Position numbers and translations under genes: made by a program
Source of the DNA: a bacterium
GTDB taxonomy: Bacteria; Electryoneota; Electryoneia; Electryoneales; Electryoneaceae
Direction of reading: 5' to 3'
NCBI GenBank assembly: GCA_020444425.1
Contig: JAHLLB010000002.1
Location: 13,250 to 77,249 of the forward strand
DNA: 64,000 nt
In this document: positions 50,101-58,927 of the stretch, piece after piece
Layout: every line of letters begins with the position of its first letter
Position numbering within the stretch: the stretch's first letter is position 1
The notes under the pieces: generated by a model
What the model was told of the DNA's origin: nothing
The model's input: the letters and a program-made list of their open reading frames with translations, nothing else
Databases searched by the model: none

Positions 50101-50391
50101 CATGCGAGTCTGATCGACCACGCTTCCACCTTGCAACGCTGCCGGCGGCAGGTGAAACCAGAGCACGTCGAGTTCGTCGGGTGAATGGTTGACGTAGGTG
50201 ATCGTCGCCGTGCCTGTCATCGACCGCAGGCTGTCAATCAGCGTGACGTCGATGTCGTAATTCACGGACTGCTGCCAGTCAGGAGAACGTTCTGCGTAAG
50301 ATATGGGTGCGATGCAGAGGATGAGGCTGAGTGTGACAAGAAATGCTGCGAGGGGAATTTTTGCGTGAATCTCTTCGGAATCGTCAATCAT
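47185..50391 (-). CDS. M1-family zinc aminopeptidase with long C-terminal extension
   Basis: WQQ.V.Y.I, WYP, SAMEYP, HEVVH-X18-E and YYKG motifs. ATG 50391 overlaps the MTase stop. Confidence 0.85.
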   Translation of the reverse strand: MIDDSEEIHAKIPLAAFLVTLSLILCIAPISYAERSPDWQQSVNYDIDVTLIDSLRSMTGTATITYVNHSPDELDVLWFHLPPAALQGGSVVDQTRMRSRDKHWSRQPEATWGDLKVGQVRSLDGRTASFDQDYSIGQLHLDPPIQPGDSASFVLPFTTRFPTGGSQSRMGYSRGQYKGAYWYPQICPYTPEFGWTVNRYFGTGEAYGEFGDFTIRYTVPYKYIIASTGELVNESEVLPPERMKGLTLGNPFPTPIPEGEEGVRPITWIFQADQVPDVTFAMDPKFLIDRVDFGHFEAWSFSRRDQTDDWSDAAEVCGWTIQQLEEIYGPYPWPRVQASYSWSAMEYPMLTLMSWSSPQYVQVMIHEVVHNYTPMILHSNSQDEQWIDEGFTTYLEHVLLTKYEGTEVNKYRTYSRGLFSEEMIVRDADVRGQRPYLEAVLAGEDLPMVRASDTADDYPLLRVSSYYKGPVMLNTLRGVIGDEAFWRGFKILYQRHALTHVSSDDVVSSFEDASGQSLKWFFDQFLYSAVDLDYALENVDLDRNPSGGNTLRFTVHRKDEMKIPPLIGVITTDGDTLRGAVPFLPTDVVPEGYEAWGSWDQWHMPNARIRIEVQLPGDMKPAAILLDPDGFWTDRDPANNHWPWQAPKLAFDPILTPQPLPDLERWQMNVSPAMGYNLDTRLMAGLSVRGSYLEREDILLADVLIPSNNIDTYLPQYRVGFATPINRDFGPTYGTVYFGNMHGDAWGEIGLRRSWRKWNSSINRITWSIKAGSWERYNSTLNATLSAPGSERGTLITGSNPLARVAVPPALNHQYASQAGATPYLRAKANFAGRFGRIPWKEELHWTIGLDDDFNVATWSIELAGSLPLGWELGTEARASVANGSAPARFIDAPGGAAPYEVMGSPLYGGAWNTVDLNLPPVRSPQSAHYSRLPRPHAPASLASDLGAVYTDRFLALRFSQLNKLPQLLRRTGQVHVDRFLDRIRLGIFESGMLFRNIRSNDVAFGGELGVEAGLVDFYGLSFSARLAPVYASDDYERTLDEIHSWTGQDFLDHTVVYVNLNLDPYFR

Positions 50392-51259
50392 ACTCGACGT
50401 ACAGGGTTTCGGTGAGGTTGATTTGATCCAGTCCACGTTTCCGCTCCTCTGTCGTATAATAGTAGTTGGGCGAGAGCTCCATCATGCAGTAGGTGCGGCC
50501 GAGTTCACGTGCCGCCTGCATGGTTGACCCGGAACCGGCGAACGGGTCGAGAACCAGTTCGTTCGGCTGGGTGCTCTTCGATATCAACAATTTCAACAGT
50601 TTAACGGGTTTCTCTGTGGAGTGAGTCAGCTTCTTCGTTGACAGCTTCGGGAAGTGCAGCACGTTCGATTCACGCTTGCCATTCAGCACTCGCCGCCCCT
50701 TGTGCAGGAAAATGATCCACTCATCCTGGGGAGCGTAGTCACCGCGCAAATCGCCGCTACCGTGGTTGTTCTTCACCCAGATAAGGGTACGCTTGATCTT
50801 GAATCCAGCGTCCTTGAACGCCGTGATGAACTCGGGGTAGGTATCATGCCGGCAGAAGCAGTACAGGTGGCGGTCGTTCTTCAGCACACGAAACGCCTCA
50901 TTCGCGAAGCGCGGAATCCAGTCGCCCTGGTTGTCGTTGGCGAGGTGCTGGAATTTTGCGTTGACGACACGCCGGTTCGACTTGTAGTTGATGTTGTAGG
51001 GCGGGTCGGTGAGGATCAGATCAGCGGTTTCATCGGGCATGCTGGAGAGCACGTCCTTGTTGTCACCGTACCAGATGGTATTGTCCCAGGACCCGAGGTG
51101 ATCACGGCCGTTGAATCTGCGCGTGCCAAGTTCAATACCGATCTCGTCCGGGATCGACAATTCAGCTGTAACTTCCTTCAGCTTCTTCTTGCCGTTTCCG
51201 TTGAGGACGGGTGGTTCGAACCCTGGCAGGTGCAACTGTTCGTCGTGATGTTCGGTCAC
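50384..51259 (-). CDS. Orphan DNA amino-methyltransferase (N6A/N4C, beta class)
   Basis: TDPPY precedes H.TEKP and LDPFAGSGST. GTG 51259 overlaps the pfkB stop. Confidence 0.88.
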   Translation of the reverse strand: MTEHHDEQLHLPGFEPPVLNGNGKKKLKEVTAELSIPDEIGIELGTRRFNGRDHLGSWDNTIWYGDNKDVLSSMPDETADLILTDPPYNINYKSNRRVVNAKFQHLANDNQGDWIPRFANEAFRVLKNDRHLYCFCRHDTYPEFITAFKDAGFKIKRTLIWVKNNHGSGDLRGDYAPQDEWIIFLHKGRRVLNGKRESNVLHFPKLSTKKLTHSTEKPVKLLKLLISKSTQPNELVLDPFAGSGSTMQAARELGRTYCMMELSPNYYYTTEERKRGLDQINLTETLYVEYD

Positions 51260-52227
51260 GCTGTCAACTCCTCGAATCCCCCATCCGCCTGATGCACCCG
51301 CAGCAGGCTCAGCACCTCTTCCCTGGTTGGAAGCGTCCCTCTCGCTCCCAGCGCGGTTGTGGACAACGCCGCAGCAGCGGAGGCCCAACGCACGCATGCA
51401 TCAAATGTCCACCCCATCAGCAGGCCGTGGATGAAGCCGGCGTGGAAAATGTCCCCGGCTCCGGTTGTGTCAACCGCCTTTACCGGATACGCCGTCATCC
51501 ACGTTGGATCGCAGCCCCTTGCCAGTGCAACCGATCCGCCAGCCCCGTTTGTGATGATCACGCCTTTCGCAGCTCCTGCCGGGCCTCTGGCCAGAAGTTC
51601 ACGCGTGGCGACAAACATGTCAACGTTGCCAAAGTAATCGCGTGTGAAACTGACTGGTACGATCAGCCAGTCGGTCACCGCGAGCAAGTCGTCCATACGG
51701 TCACGAACGTGCCCCGCGTCGAGAACGACGTCAACCTCATTGTCTCTCGCAATCTTCGCCGCCTCGAGCGCGGCTTCCGTTTCCCAGCCATCAAGGAGCA
51801 GACAACGAGCGGTTGAGATTGCTTCGGAAGATAACTCATCGGGCGAGAGAGGCGCAAGATCACGATCCAAAACGATCGTTCGCCGCCCCGATTTCTTCTC
51901 CACCCAGATGGATGCGGACGGAGTGAGAGCCGTGGAGCGGACTTGCAGAGATTCGGTGTGGACTCCGATCCGGTCCAGCTCGGCGCGAATGCGCTCTCCT
52001 TCCACGTCTCCACCGATACCTGCCTGCAGAGTTGTCCGCCATCCCCACATAGCGAGTTGGCATAACGCGTTTGGTACCGGGCTGCCGCTACCCTGCCAGC
52101 GGTCGAGGGCGACGGTCTTCTGGTCCACCTCCGGATGTTTCTCCACCAACAGCGCGCGGTCATAGACCGCCCGTCCGACGCCAACGGCGTCGAAGGTACG
52201 TCCGGGTGTTGGTGCATTGTCCATCAC
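51256..52227 (-). CDS. PfkB-family carbohydrate kinase
   Basis: G.D..G, IT.GA.G and VDTTGAGDIF.AG motifs. Confidence 0.9.
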   Translation of the reverse strand: MMDNAPTPGRTFDAVGVGRAVYDRALLVEKHPEVDQKTVALDRWQGSGSPVPNALCQLAMWGWRTTLQAGIGGDVEGERIRAELDRIGVHTESLQVRSTALTPSASIWVEKKSGRRTIVLDRDLAPLSPDELSSEAISTARCLLLDGWETEAALEAAKIARDNEVDVVLDAGHVRDRMDDLLAVTDWLIVPVSFTRDYFGNVDMFVATRELLARGPAGAAKGVIITNGAGGSVALARGCDPTWMTAYPVKAVDTTGAGDIFHAGFIHGLLMGWTFDACVRWASAAAALSTTALGARGTLPTREEVLSLLRVHQADGGFEELTA

Positions 52228-53777
52228 GGAGCCGAAGTCAATTCGGGCGGGATATCTCCGGGTTCAAACCGGGCTACATAATAGTCGTCAATTATACCGT
52301 CGGTTTTCAACTGCTGCGCGTACGCGGTGGCTTCTTCCGTTGACGCGTAGTGACCGAGGTGAACCCGGTACCAGATCTTGTTGTCCTGGTTTGTGGTGAC
52401 GAGGTAGGCGTCCTGATTCTGTCGGCGCAAGCTGCGGATCATCTGAACCGCACGTTCCCGTGTCGGTAATGCGCTCACCTGCAACGTGTACGGCAATTCA
52501 GACTGAACGGCCGTCTGCACCGGTTCCTGCGATTCGGCAGGCGTTTCGTCTGAATCGAGAGCCCGGTAGATGCCGAAACCGATGACGGCCAGGATAACCA
52601 GTGCCGCAGCCACAATCAGCCACGGCCGGATTCCATGCTTGACGTCTTCCCCGACCGGTGGGATCGTGTAGTCGCCTTCCTGGTCGATCCCTTCCCTGCC
52701 TTCCGCATCGAACGGAATCGTCATCGCCGTTTTCGCCGGGGTTTTCTTTTCAGGGGCGATAATCCTGGGTTCGTCTTTCGAATCCGCTTCAAACTGAATG
52801 TTGTCGGCATCATCCCAGATCGACTCGATCGGTGGAGCCTCCTCGCGTGTGCCAAACGGCGAGAACAGCTGCGTGACCTCCTCGGCATCGGCATCTTCCG
52901 AATCACTGGAGGAATGGGTCAACGAGCGCAATGTCGCCACCAGCTCCGGGTCTGATCCGGAACTCTCCAGGGCGTCGGCAGTGCGCTTCATCTCCGCAGT
53001 CAACTCGAGCGAGGATTGCTGCTGCAGGAAGGCGTCAACGAATATCCGGCCCGCGATTTCATCACGACGACGTGTCGCCAGCAATCGGCGTGTCAACGGC
53101 GGCAGCAGCACCTGTTTCAGCGTGTCATTGGCACCCTGATACGCCCGAATCCACGACTGTTCGAGCACAATCAACTGGTCGGCGGGATGGCTGGAAAGCT
53201 CCCGTGTCATCGATTCCCGGGCCAGACGCACCGCGAGCCCGGTTTCATAGGGGCGATCCTTCAACAGCGCCAACCCGACGCGCCACGCGGTTTCGCTGAG
53301 GAATTCGCTGCTCTTCAGTGCCGCCCGGGTTTCGTCCATCAGAGTCGGATTCTGCCGGATGTGCGACCAGGCGAGCAGGTAGATGTCCCACGCCCACGCG
53401 TCCCGCTCATGCCGTTGCAGCAGAATGGTGGCGAGGTTTCGCAGGTAGCGGGCGAGCAAACGGTCCGCGATCGGAGGAAAGATTGCCGGTCCGGACAACC
53501 GGCGGATAACCTTGCGCACGGTCTGTTCGCCACCGTCGGGGATGACCCCGTTTTCAAGCGGTTGCCAATGCTTGCGCCAGTACAGAATGAGCCAGCCGTC
53601 GATCAGCAACAGAGCCAGCCCGATCCCCACCAGAAGCGGCGCGAACAACATCACCGCCGGGAACAGGGTCGGCAGGTTTGTGCCGGGCAGGACAAACAGC
53701 CAGAGTACCAGTAGCATCAGCAGGGCGAGGATCATGCCGGTCGCAAGCCGGGCGAGGATCGCGGAGAACCAGTTCAT
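52224..53777 (-). CDS. Membrane protein with C-terminal SPOR domain
   Basis: Two N-terminal TMs, a helical region, an acidic linker, a TM, then YTLQVSA...WYRV.LG.Y....EA. Confidence 0.82.
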   Translation of the reverse strand: MNWFSAILARLATGMILALLMLLVLWLFVLPGTNLPTLFPAVMLFAPLLVGIGLALLLIDGWLILYWRKHWQPLENGVIPDGGEQTVRKVIRRLSGPAIFPPIADRLLARYLRNLATILLQRHERDAWAWDIYLLAWSHIRQNPTLMDETRAALKSSEFLSETAWRVGLALLKDRPYETGLAVRLARESMTRELSSHPADQLIVLEQSWIRAYQGANDTLKQVLLPPLTRRLLATRRRDEIAGRIFVDAFLQQQSSLELTAEMKRTADALESSGSDPELVATLRSLTHSSSDSEDADAEEVTQLFSPFGTREEAPPIESIWDDADNIQFEADSKDEPRIIAPEKKTPAKTAMTIPFDAEGREGIDQEGDYTIPPVGEDVKHGIRPWLIVAAALVILAVIGFGIYRALDSDETPAESQEPVQTAVQSELPYTLQVSALPTRERAVQMIRSLRRQNQDAYLVTTNQDNKIWYRVHLGHYASTEEATAYAQQLKTDGIIDDYYVARFEPGDIPPELTSAP

Positions 53778-56005
53778 CGGCGGCCTCCACGAGATTCAAG
53801 ATCCTCAACAGACGGAATCGAATCCATCGGGTCTTCGTACAGCAGCGAGTCGAAGGCGTCCTGCGGCGTGAACCCACCCCACCGTGCGCGGACGCTGTCC
53901 CACGGCGGCACGTAGAATGGTGATTCCGCCCACGGCATCCCGACGTACTGATCCCACTCGGCCATCACCCGGTCCAGATTGTCCCAGTCTTCGATGCGAT
54001 CCAGCATCAGCAACCGGTAGTCGGGCAGTTCGGTGTCCTCATGCACAGCGAGACGGATCCCGCCCGGTTCGTCCGGCTCCATCAACTCGCCTGTCGCCGG
54101 ATGAATCTTGACGGTTCGTACCCCTGTCGGAACCCGGAATTCGCGTGGCGGATCGCCCTCGGTCGCGCGTTTCATGAACACCGTCCACACGGGCAGCGCG
54201 CCGGTGGTACCCGTAATCCCGGCGCCGGATGCTGCACGCATTGGCCGGTTGTCGTCGTACCCGACCCAGGCGCAGGTCGCCAGCCGTGGTGTCGCACCGA
54301 GGAACCATGAGTCGCGGTAATCGTTGGTCGTGCCTGTTTTGCCAATGGCGGGCAGGTCAAAGCCCATCCGTCGCACCGACCGGCCGGTTCCACCTTCAAT
54401 CACACCCTGCATCATGTCGATCAGCAGGTAAACGTCGTCGGCGTCAAACGCTGGATTCCGCCGCACAATCTGTTCTTCCAGCACTCGTCCGTGCAGGTCT
54501 TCCACGCGCGTGACCAGGTACGGATCGACGGCCTGCCCGAGGTTGGCGATGCCCGCGCCGATCCCCGCCAATTCGATGGCGTTGACCGAGGTCGCGCCCA
54601 GGGCAATTGCGGGATTCGGAGTCTGTTCGGAATGAACGTTGAAACGGTACAGCGATTCGACCATCGCATCCGCGTCGATGGTCATCACCAGCTTGGCGGC
54701 GACGGTGTTCAGCGACCGCATCAACGCCACTTTCAACGGCATCACGCCGTAGAATCGCGGGGTGAAATTTCGCGGTGTCCATGGCCGGGAACCGGGAATG
54801 GTGATCGTTACCGATGAGTCGCTGACCATAGACGCCGGGGTGATCCCTGCTTGTTCAATCGCCGTCAGATACAGCACCGGTTTCAGCACCGAACCCATGT
54901 TGCGTGAGGACTGAATGGTGCGGTTGAACTGACTCTGCACCCAGTCACGCCCACCGACCAGCGCCCGGACTGCGCCTGTCGCGGCCTCGACGGAGACCAA
55001 CGCCCCCTGCGGACGGTCGACCGAATCCCGTTTCGCTGCGTTCCATTCCGGCAGGCCCATGCGTTCGTCGAGCATCGCCAGACCTTCCTGCACTGACTCG
55101 ACGGCGTAGCGTTGCAGCAGCGGGTCCATCGTCGTATAAATCTTCAGCCCACCGTGGTAGAGGACGGTCTGTCCGTAGCGTTCCTCGAGTTCGTCGAGGA
55201 CGGCATCGAGGAAATACGATCCTTCGTCCGCGTGGTCGTAGAGCGGCCGGTAGTGGAGTGTTGTGTTCAATGCGCGCTGGTACTCGGTTTGCGTGATCCA
55301 GCCGAGGCTGAACATGCGGTACAATACCCAGCTCTGGCGTTCGCGGGCGAGTTCCGGATTGCGGTAAGGATTGTACCGGGACGGACTCTGCGGCAACCCG
55401 GCGAGTAGTGTGGCTTCGGCGAGGGTCAATTCAGATGCATGCTTGCCGAAATACACCCGCGCGGCTTCCTCGACACCGTACGCGAAGTTCCCGAACGGGA
55501 TACCGTTGATGTATGCTTCGAGGATATCGTCCTTGCTGAACCGCCGTTCTATTTCGAACGCTGCGAGGATTTCCTTGAACTTGCGGGACCAGGATTTTTC
55601 GAAGCTGAAGAAAAGGTTTTTCGCAAGTTGCTGGCTGATCGTACTGCCGCCGCGGGCATCGTTTCCGAAGATGGCGCTGACCGTTGCACGGATGAGCGCG
55701 GGTTTGTCAATGCCGGCGTGGGAATAGAACTGGTCGTCCTCGACGGCGAGCACCGCCTGGCGGAACACCGGCGCGACACGTTCAATCGGAATCGAACTGC
55801 GTCCACCCACCTGCGCGATGATGGAGCCGTCCGCCGCAAACACCTCGGTTGGCGGCACAGAAATCAACTCGGACAGTTCAGCGGGCACTCGCGGCACCGT
55901 TGGCACCACCACCGCGATCATGATCAGAATCGTGAACACGACCGCGACGAACGCGCCAAGGAAGGAGTACGTCAGGATTGTGAGCACTCGCGGAAAACCG
56001 TTCAC
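53774..56005 (-). CDS. Class A penicillin-binding protein (PBP1A family)
   Basis: GT51 motifs EDDQFY.H.G, GGSTISQQLAK and RK.KE; transpeptidase motifs SVLK, SLN and KTG. GTG 56005 overlaps the upstream stop. Confidence 0.93.
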   Translation of the reverse strand: MNGFPRVLTILTYSFLGAFVAVVFTILIMIAVVVPTVPRVPAELSELISVPPTEVFAADGSIIAQVGGRSSIPIERVAPVFRQAVLAVEDDQFYSHAGIDKPALIRATVSAIFGNDARGGSTISQQLAKNLFFSFEKSWSRKFKEILAAFEIERRFSKDDILEAYINGIPFGNFAYGVEEAARVYFGKHASELTLAEATLLAGLPQSPSRYNPYRNPELARERQSWVLYRMFSLGWITQTEYQRALNTTLHYRPLYDHADEGSYFLDAVLDELEERYGQTVLYHGGLKIYTTMDPLLQRYAVESVQEGLAMLDERMGLPEWNAAKRDSVDRPQGALVSVEAATGAVRALVGGRDWVQSQFNRTIQSSRNMGSVLKPVLYLTAIEQAGITPASMVSDSSVTITIPGSRPWTPRNFTPRFYGVMPLKVALMRSLNTVAAKLVMTIDADAMVESLYRFNVHSEQTPNPAIALGATSVNAIELAGIGAGIANLGQAVDPYLVTRVEDLHGRVLEEQIVRRNPAFDADDVYLLIDMMQGVIEGGTGRSVRRMGFDLPAIGKTGTTNDYRDSWFLGATPRLATCAWVGYDDNRPMRAASGAGITGTTGALPVWTVFMKRATEGDPPREFRVPTGVRTVKIHPATGELMEPDEPGGIRLAVHEDTELPDYRLLMLDRIEDWDNLDRVMAEWDQYVGMPWAESPFYVPPWDSVRARWGGFTPQDAFDSLLYEDPMDSIPSVEDLESRGGRR

Positions 56006-56904
56006 AAGCCCATTCCCCCGCCCGGAATCATTCGTTGCACCTCTTCCGCGAGCTGCTGACCGGTGTGCTTCGTCAGCCAATACACATAGACCCGTTGCGT
56101 ATCGCCCTGCTGCACCTCAAACGCGATCTGCCACATGCCGTCTTCCGGCTTCGTTGGTAGACCGACCAGCGTCAGCTCGCCCTCAAGGCCGGAAATCCAG
56201 CGGATGTCGCTACCGTCCAGCTCCACAGGTCCGTTGGGTGCAAGAGCGTTGAAGAACGTTTCGGCGTCCAATACCAGTGGGAACCGCTCCATTTCACGCA
56301 AACTGCGTTCAATCGGCACTCGCAACGACTCGTAGCGGTTGAAGAAATCGTCTGACAAACGGCCTTCGTGCAGAACGAAGTTGTCCGCACTGATCAGGTA
56401 GACCTTGTAGCGATTGTCTTCTTCCACGAAGAACACTCGCCGCCAGTCGCCGCTGGATCGCGAACGCAACAGGCTGATCGGGTCGACCAGCGATTCCTGG
56501 AATGCGGTCGGCAGTTGCCCGTAGAGTGTGAGGAAGCGTTCCGGACTGATAGAGAAGACCTGGAAGGAATCGAGGATGGCGGGGATCTGTTCCCACGTGT
56601 CAAGGGTTGCCCCGGCGGCACGGCGGTGGCGGGTCATCGCAGCCATGTCGCTCAACTTGTCGAGAGCTTCGGTACCTTCCCGGTTCAGATCCCACCCGCG
56701 CCCGACTTCCTCTCGCAGATCCTGCGAATCGAGCATGTACGCGCCCAGAGCCTGCTCCACGGGCGAGTACATCCACTCCAGCCCTCCTGCGACGAGGATC
56801 AGCAGAGTTAACAGGGTTGGAACCAACCAGCCAGAGTTTCCCGCACCCGCCCACCGGCGGGCCTGGGCTACAAGTTCCCGGTCAGATTTCGGGATGGAGG
56901 CCAA
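56002..56904 (-). CDS. Hypothetical bitopic membrane protein
   Basis: In operon with overlapping neighbours; one TM (WLVPTLLTLLILVAGG). The start is uncertain (TTG 56904 chosen). Confidence 0.65.
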   Translation of the reverse strand: MASIPKSDRELVAQARRWAGAGNSGWLVPTLLTLLILVAGGLEWMYSPVEQALGAYMLDSQDLREEVGRGWDLNREGTEALDKLSDMAAMTRHRRAAGATLDTWEQIPAILDSFQVFSISPERFLTLYGQLPTAFQESLVDPISLLRSRSSGDWRRVFFVEEDNRYKVYLISADNFVLHEGRLSDDFFNRYESLRVPIERSLREMERFPLVLDAETFFNALAPNGPVELDGSDIRWISGLEGELTLVGLPTKPEDGMWQIAFEVQQGDTQRVYVYWLTKHTGQQLAEEVQRMIPGGGMGL

Positions 56905-57797
56905 GGCACCGGATCCTTCAGCTTTGTTCGCCACGCCCGCAAATAAGCGATCGCGGGTTTCGGACCGTCGGCGAGATAGAGGAACGCCGTGTAGAATACC
57001 ACAAACGGGGGTGTCAGAAGCCGCCTGACAAAACGCAGGCAAGGCGGTGTCCAGCGTTCGAAGAACAGGCGTCCGGCCAATGTCCGGTAGGCCATCTTCA
57101 ACGGCGAGCGTCCCCCTCCACTACTCGCGGACACGTTATGCACGAGAACCGCTTCCGGATTGACGACCATGCGTTTTTCCGCTCGCCACACCCGGGTGGA
57201 CCAGTCCACGTCTTCTGCGTACATGCCGTAACTGGAATCAAGTTCCCCATGATCATCCCACGCCCACGCCGGACTGAGCCAGCAACATCCGGTGACAAAT
57301 TGCGTATCGAAAGGTGATTTACGGAATTCGGAGAGCCGCTCGTGCTGTCCGTTGTGTCTCGTCCACGAGATCGGAAACAGGACCTGACCGCCGGCATACC
57401 AGATACGGTCGTCCGGGCTGTCGTACAGAATCACCGGGCTGACCGCGGCGATGTGTTCATGGCGGTCGTTGTCGAGGAACGTCGCCAGCGAATCGACCAT
57501 ACCGGGTTGCACGCGCACATCCGGGTTGATCAGGCCGATGTAGGGGAATCCGCATTCCAGTGCGTAGCGGATGCCAATGTTGGTCGCTTCGGCGAACGGT
57601 TTGTTGTCGTCATGGCCGATGTAATAGACTCGACCGGAGAGGTGCGATGCGCGCACGCCGGACCCATCTGTCGTGCCGTTATCCACCAGGATCAGCAGGT
57701 CATCATCCGATAAATCCGCGAGCAGGGAGTTCACCGACGCGAGGGTTTCTTCACCCCCGTTGTGGTTCACCATGACAAATGCTGCTCGCAAATTCAC
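56868..57797 (-). CDS. Family 2 glycosyltransferase (WbbL/rhamnosyltransferase-like)
   Basis: VDNGTTDG, N..FA.A.N.G, INPD, TGCC and YAEDVDW..R motifs. GTG start with GGAGG. Confidence 0.88.
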   Translation of the reverse strand: MNLRAAFVMVNHNGGEETLASVNSLLADLSDDDLLILVDNGTTDGSGVRASHLSGRVYYIGHDDNKPFAEATNIGIRYALECGFPYIGLINPDVRVQPGMVDSLATFLDNDRHEHIAAVSPVILYDSPDDRIWYAGGQVLFPISWTRHNGQHERLSEFRKSPFDTQFVTGCCWLSPAWAWDDHGELDSSYGMYAEDVDWSTRVWRAEKRMVVNPEAVLVHNVSASSGGGRSPLKMAYRTLAGRLFFERWTPPCLRFVRRLLTPPFVVFYTAFLYLADGPKPAIAYLRAWRTKLKDPVPWPPSRNLTGNL

Positions 57798-58927
57798 CCG
57801 TCCTCCAACACGTTTGCCGCCAGGGCTGACCACGAATAGATGTCAGCAGCCTGCTCGGCGATGACGTTTCGTTTTCGCCGCCACGTCTCTAATCCAGAAT
57901 TAAGGAATCGTTTCAAGGCAACAACAAGGCTTTCCGTGTCGCCGGGTTCCGCGAGGCACCCGTTTTCGCCTTCGCGGATGATCTCGCTCAACGCACCGGT
58001 GGCAGTGGCAATGACCGGCGCTCCGGCCGCCAGCGCAATCATCGCGATACCACTCTGTGTTGCATGCCTGTAGGGTAACACGACAGCGTCCGCCGCCTCG
58101 CAGCGCAGCGCCATCTCATCGTCACTCAGGTAACGATTATCCAGCCGGACGCGTTCCCCATGCCCGAGTTCGCGTTGCAATTCCTGGTAGCTGGAAATAT
58201 CGTCGTAAAATTCACCAATTACATCGAGCTGGAGCTCTCGCTCGACCTGGGCAACAGCACGCAGCAGAACGTCGACGCCCTTGTACTCACGCACCAGCCC
58301 AAGGTGAACGAAATAGGGTGTCTCTTCGCCGATGCCAAGCGTCTTCCGCGCCTCAACGTACCGTGTGAGCGGCTCGCAGTCTTCCCGTCCGGCAAAGAAA
58401 TGGCTGTACACCGGATGCGGTTGCACCACTCCCGTTGTCCTCGGCGCAATTTTTTGCAGCACGCTCAACTGATCGTTCGCGCCAACGATGACCCGATCCG
58501 CCTGCCGGTAAAGCCCCGGATTGAGCGTCCGCCCGATAGCGGCGTGTTCATGGGGCAGCACGTTATGCGCGATAACCACCCTGGGCTTGACACCAGCCCA
58601 GCGCGCGATGAACCTCAGGCAGGGGGCGAAGAACGGATGCCAGTGCTGCACGATGAGCCGTTCCGCGCCGAAACTGCGGATCAGTTTGATCGCGGTCAAC
58701 CACGTATTCGGTTTCCACGCGTTCAGGATCGGATAGGAATCAACAACCGGGTCGGCATTGTCGTCATACTGGTTGCTGCCCGGAAACAGGAAGGCTGGAT
58801 ACAGCACGTCGTAGCTGATCGGGAGTACGTCATGGCCCTGCTCAAGCAGCTCGTTCAGCAGGTTGAGATTGTAACTTGAGATGCCGCCACGTAGCGGTGG
58901 CAGCGGGCCAATCAGGGCTAGTTTCAT
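57794..58927 (-). CDS. Family 4 glycosyltransferase
   Basis: PP.RGGI, HNV.PHE, G.VR.YKG, LPY..ATQSG and PVI.T..G.L.E motifs. Confidence 0.9.
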   Translation of the reverse strand: MKLALIGPLPPLRGGISSYNLNLLNELLEQGHDVLPISYDVLYPAFLFPGSNQYDDNADPVVDSYPILNAWKPNTWLTAIKLIRSFGAERLIVQHWHPFFAPCLRFIARWAGVKPRVVIAHNVLPHEHAAIGRTLNPGLYRQADRVIVGANDQLSVLQKIAPRTTGVVQPHPVYSHFFAGREDCEPLTRYVEARKTLGIGEETPYFVHLGLVREYKGVDVLLRAVAQVERELQLDVIGEFYDDISSYQELQRELGHGERVRLDNRYLSDDEMALRCEAADAVVLPYRHATQSGIAMIALAAGAPVIATATGALSEIIREGENGCLAEPGDTESLVVALKRFLNSGLETWRRKRNVIAEQAADIYSWSALAANVLEDG

